Shown in pieces: positions 60,487-64,000 of a DNA stretch of 64,000 nucleotides. The number at the start of each line of letters is the position of its first letter. The stretch's first letter is position 1. The notes beneath the pieces are model-generated. The model worked only from the letters and a program-made list of their open reading frames with translations, was not told the origin of the DNA and made no database searches. Source of the DNA: Psilocybe cubensis (lineage: Eukaryota). Made by a program: the position numbers and the translations under genes. Location of the stretch: positions 1,364,001 through 1,428,000 of the forward strand of contig CM039010.1 in NCBI GenBank assembly GCA_017499595.2, given 5' to 3'.

Positions 60487-62187
60487 TTATAAACGTCTTG
60501 TTCCACGCAATGTGCTAGATAATTGGTGAGAAATGGAACAAAATGATGTGCCTTCACACACCTATAATGCATAGAAAATGGTAAACCGAGATCTTCCTCC
60601 ATTGGTGGCTCATAATCTCCCGTCATCTCCATTTCCTGTGACGAAGGAGAAGCAGAGTGGTCAGAAGACCACTGACTTCCTGCACTGTCAGACTGAGTCA
60701 AATCAGACTCACTTTGAGATGACTCTGCAGTATCTTCAATTTCGGAATCAGAATCCGAGCTTTGACCAGTGATGATTCTCCCAATTCCGTCGTCAATATC
60801 CGAAGAAGCCTCCTCATTGTCCTTTCCCTCCGGTTCTATTTGGGTATCGAATGGGTTGCTGTTATTCATCGCCTTGAAGTAAGGTGACTTCCCGGAAACG
60901 ACGGCATGCTGATTCAAACGCTTGTAAGCGCCTAAATACCAAATGGAACGTCTCAGAGCCTCCAGTTTCCTGGACATTGCAGCTTCAGTAAGACTTTCAA
61001 CCCTTGTGATGTCTGCTAGTAGTTGAAACAACATTGTCTTGGAAATTTGACAGGTTCCTTCTTGAGCGGGGACAGATGTTTTCGAAGTTTGTTTGTCATT
61101 GTCGGTACTGTTTTGTCCGAGGTTGCCTATGATGATGATTTTAGTACAGTAACCAATTTAAGGCAAAGAAAACACACCAGGTGCAGACCCTGCAGGATAG
61201 GTAGCAGACATTTCCGGACTTCGTTCAGCAACAGATAAATCGCCCATATCTATGTCGGTGTCTCCAATGCCAGGTTCTATAGCACCCGGGGTACAATCGG
61301 CACTATCTGCTATGGCACCTAGCACAGGAGGTGACATTCACTGAAGAGAGAACATTTGGGATAGTGTCTAGGGACTCACTGTTCGAGGTAATATCCCGAC
61401 GATTTGCAAAGCAGGATTTTAAAATGGTTTTAGAAGCTACCCCCAAAATTTCACCACTTTTGGTGGGGGAAGAATTCGAATTCGCCACTTTTGCCTCTGC
61501 ATCGGCCGCATCGGAACCCGTGGTGCTCTCATTCGCTAACCCCTTTTCAAACAAAAATCGATGGATAGGGAGACCTGGCGGAAGATAGACTTTGGCATAT
61601 TTGGAATGACGAAAAGGCCCTTGATGTGGGAGGAGACCGGATTGAACAAGCTGGGCGAGTTGAAACTATCAGGATGGTATTATGTAGAAAAAGGTGTATA
61701 CTCACCTTGGTCATTGTACTGCTAATCAAACCGTCAAGGTCTGTGAAACTCGGGATCTGTCCACCTTCGGTCCACCAAGAAAAAATACCCTCTGGATCAA
61801 ACTGCTTGATCATGGTGCGAGATTCTTCTTCCGAGAAATCGTCGAAAAGACAATTTATTGCGTTTATTGCCAGACCATGAGTCCACAGGAGTTCCTGAAG
61901 GAAAAAGGGGGTTGGAACCGCTAAGCCGAGAATTGAGGCGATACCATGATTCATGGTTATGAATTCCTGAAAAATGTTGAAATATTTTTCATGATTCTGA
62001 GCGAATGAATAATACGTACCAATTCTCGTTGGATAGCATTCAGGGTGGATTCATCAGCCACTCCGGGGCCAGGCCTTGTAACTTCCAAAATACCAATGCG
62101 AATGCGGGCAAGCAGATAAGTCATCTTCATATGCATAAAATCTTCTTCACGCTTCCAGGATGTAGAAATGAGAGGGGAGAATATCAT
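60487..62187 (-). CDS. Hypothetical multi-exon protein convergent with the transposase (element cargo)
   Basis: ORFs 61957-62358, 61547-61954, 61303-61554 and 60375-61034 join through GT-AG introns into one frame (…NAIQREL/EFITMNHGIA…STMTK/LVQSGLLP…/…LLADITRVESL…). Confidence 0.55.
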
Positions 62188-62364
62188 GTTTGATGTCAAT
62201 GAGTGGAGCAGATAGACTGAGTGCGAGTTGGCACATAATCTTATCTTATGTGTCAGTGCGATTGCACGTGATGCCGGATCAATCACTGAGCAAAACACAA
62301 CGCCGAAATTAATTAAACCACTATCTTTAGTCTTCTCATCACAGTCCCCGGAGCGCAATTACTG

Positions 62365-63925
62365 ATGGCAAGTGAACACGGTAAACAGACCCCACAGAAA
62401 GTATGTGTAATATCTTGTAAATAATATATAATTGACTAATGTATTTGCAGAACGTTCAACCCAATCATGGTGCCCTTCAGTCACATCTCAAAAATGTGCC
62501 GTTTTGGAACATATACGACGTTGAGTCGCGTCACATTGTCAATCGAGTAGTTGGGACTGGACAGAATACTCGATCCGATGGAATGATCGGTCCACTTCCC
62601 CCTTCGAAGACAGGGCTTAAACGGAGTTTATCAGAAATCAGCGGTATCGAAGTAACCGGCACATCCTCAGGCGAGGTGAGTAAGCTTTTCTAAGTAGGTC
62701 ATTTCATCCGCTGAACCAGAAACCCCTATACCACAGGTGGAAGATATGGCAAAACAAGCTGCTGGAGGCTCCACTGCTCCTGCAGCTAAAAGGTCGCTCA
62801 GGGATATTAAGCAAGGATTATTGTTGAAAAGGGTTAAGGTCGAGCCACAAGACGTCAAGATCAAACTCGAGGCGATAGAGCCTTCCCCATCCCTTTCTAC
62901 CTCCATTTCAACATCTTCCACGGCTGCTGGACAAGGGGGAGTTTCCAAAGACAATGAACCCAGCATTCATCCAGATTCTGCAACTCCCGGCCCTGTTACT
63001 GCAAAAATGATGTCTTCGAGCAAGAAGGATCACCCCAGGGCTCCAAATGTCAAGGCCAAGAAGCCCACCCCCGTTTCTACCATCGAAGGTGCACCTGCCG
63101 CCTCCATCAAAGCCACACCCGCTGCCACAATCGAATCTGCACCCGCTTCTGCCATCAAACTTGCCCCCGCTTCCGCCATCGAAGCACCCACGCCCATCAC
63201 ATCAAGAGGCAGGAAACCTATTCCACCTTCCAGTACCAAACCCACCCCTCAACTCAACAACCCTACGCCCATTCCGCTTTCCAGGACTACTCCTAATGAT
63301 CCGGCTTCACTGACAAAACCGAGTACCGTCCCTGATGATCCTGCTCTGAGCAGCAGAGAAAAATCCGCCCCTGATGCTACTGCTCCGAACAGTGGAGAAA
63401 AATCAGGAAATGCCAGCGTTCTTGAACTTGCTGGGATACCTTGCCTTCCGCTTACAGGCAGTATGCTAGTCATTCCCCGATGCCCTCGCAGGAGCTTCAT
63501 ATCCTACGATCTTCAGTGGCCTCAGAACAGGGAAGACTGGTTACACGAAGTAAGGGGTGAGAATATGTCTGAATTACATGTAGATTGGGAAATTAGCGAG
63601 GCGAAATTCAGCAAAATGTATCCAGACTTGGCGAAAATGGAATATGTACGTCCCTCCCACCATCTTTGGTTTCCCAGTGTCCTAACCCTTGTTACCCCAG
63701 AACTATGCTACCTCCGAACTCCAGGGCATAGAGGAAAACATGCTCAGGAGGTTTCACATTTCTGATCATTCGGATTATTGTGTTACTGTAGAGTCTCTGA
63801 GATCAGGAAGGTATGGACAACTTCTTCTTGAGGCGGATATGTATCAAGAATTGGCGAAGATCAAGAAGGGTTTGGGGTCTGCTAAGGAGCACATTAAGGA
63901 ACTTCTGGCTTCCGCTTCGGAATAA
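62365..63925 (+). CDS. Hypothetical Pro/Ser-rich protein with helical C-terminus (4 exons; element cargo)
   Basis: MASEHGKQTPQK/NVQPNHG...SGE/VEDMAKQ...AKMEY/NYATSELQG...ASE* with gtatgt, gtgagt and gtacgt donors. Confidence 0.55.
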
Positions 63926-64000
63926 ACAGCTCAAATACTTTACCTCCAATGATATTTCTTTTTTCTCTGCTCCAAGTCTGTGATCTACATCAACTCCAAG

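Larger units (their letters stand above)
41220..64000. mobile_element. Large multi-gene Kyakuja/KDZ-class DNA transposon carrying TET/JBP (boundaries approximate, right end outside window)
   Basis: CxC2-KDZ transposase, TET/JBP and HMG-like genes co-occur, which is the established basidiomycete KDZ module. No conserved housekeeping gene was recognised in the span; the left edge is structured. Confidence 0.7.

Noticed and set aside
61303-61360. Apparent premature stop in the 60487-62187 gene
   Set aside because: Resolved by a gtgagt..ctag intron that shifts into an open frame.

Overview
Intron-rich fungal genomic DNA, most likely from an agaricomycete mushroom (short GT-AG introns, clp1 homologues, KDZ-TET elements). 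The first ~40 kb is host sequence. It holds a cluster of small Con-6-like/hydrophilic genes, a SAP-like + NuSAP-motif protein, a Cys-type GST, two convergent Clp1-family genes, a DAO-family FAD oxidoreductase, an F-box protein, DBP4 and a Yop1/REEP gene, plus three distinct MITEs and simple repeats. From ~41.2 kb to the window end lies what appears to be one large (>22 kb, right end not seen) multi-gene Kyakuja/KDZ-type DNA transposon. It carries an intact CxC2-KDZ transposase, an intact TET/JBP dioxygenase flanked by two Zn2Cys6-motif genes, an HMG-like gene with one premature stop, and several orphan genes. A ~2.7-kb spacer within it is built of ~165-171-bp repeats, and the same 11-bp motif (GATCGCGAACA) is arrayed in opposite orientations in front of the two divergent genes. 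All exon structures and family calls were made by eye; no database searches were run, and the element boundaries are inferred.
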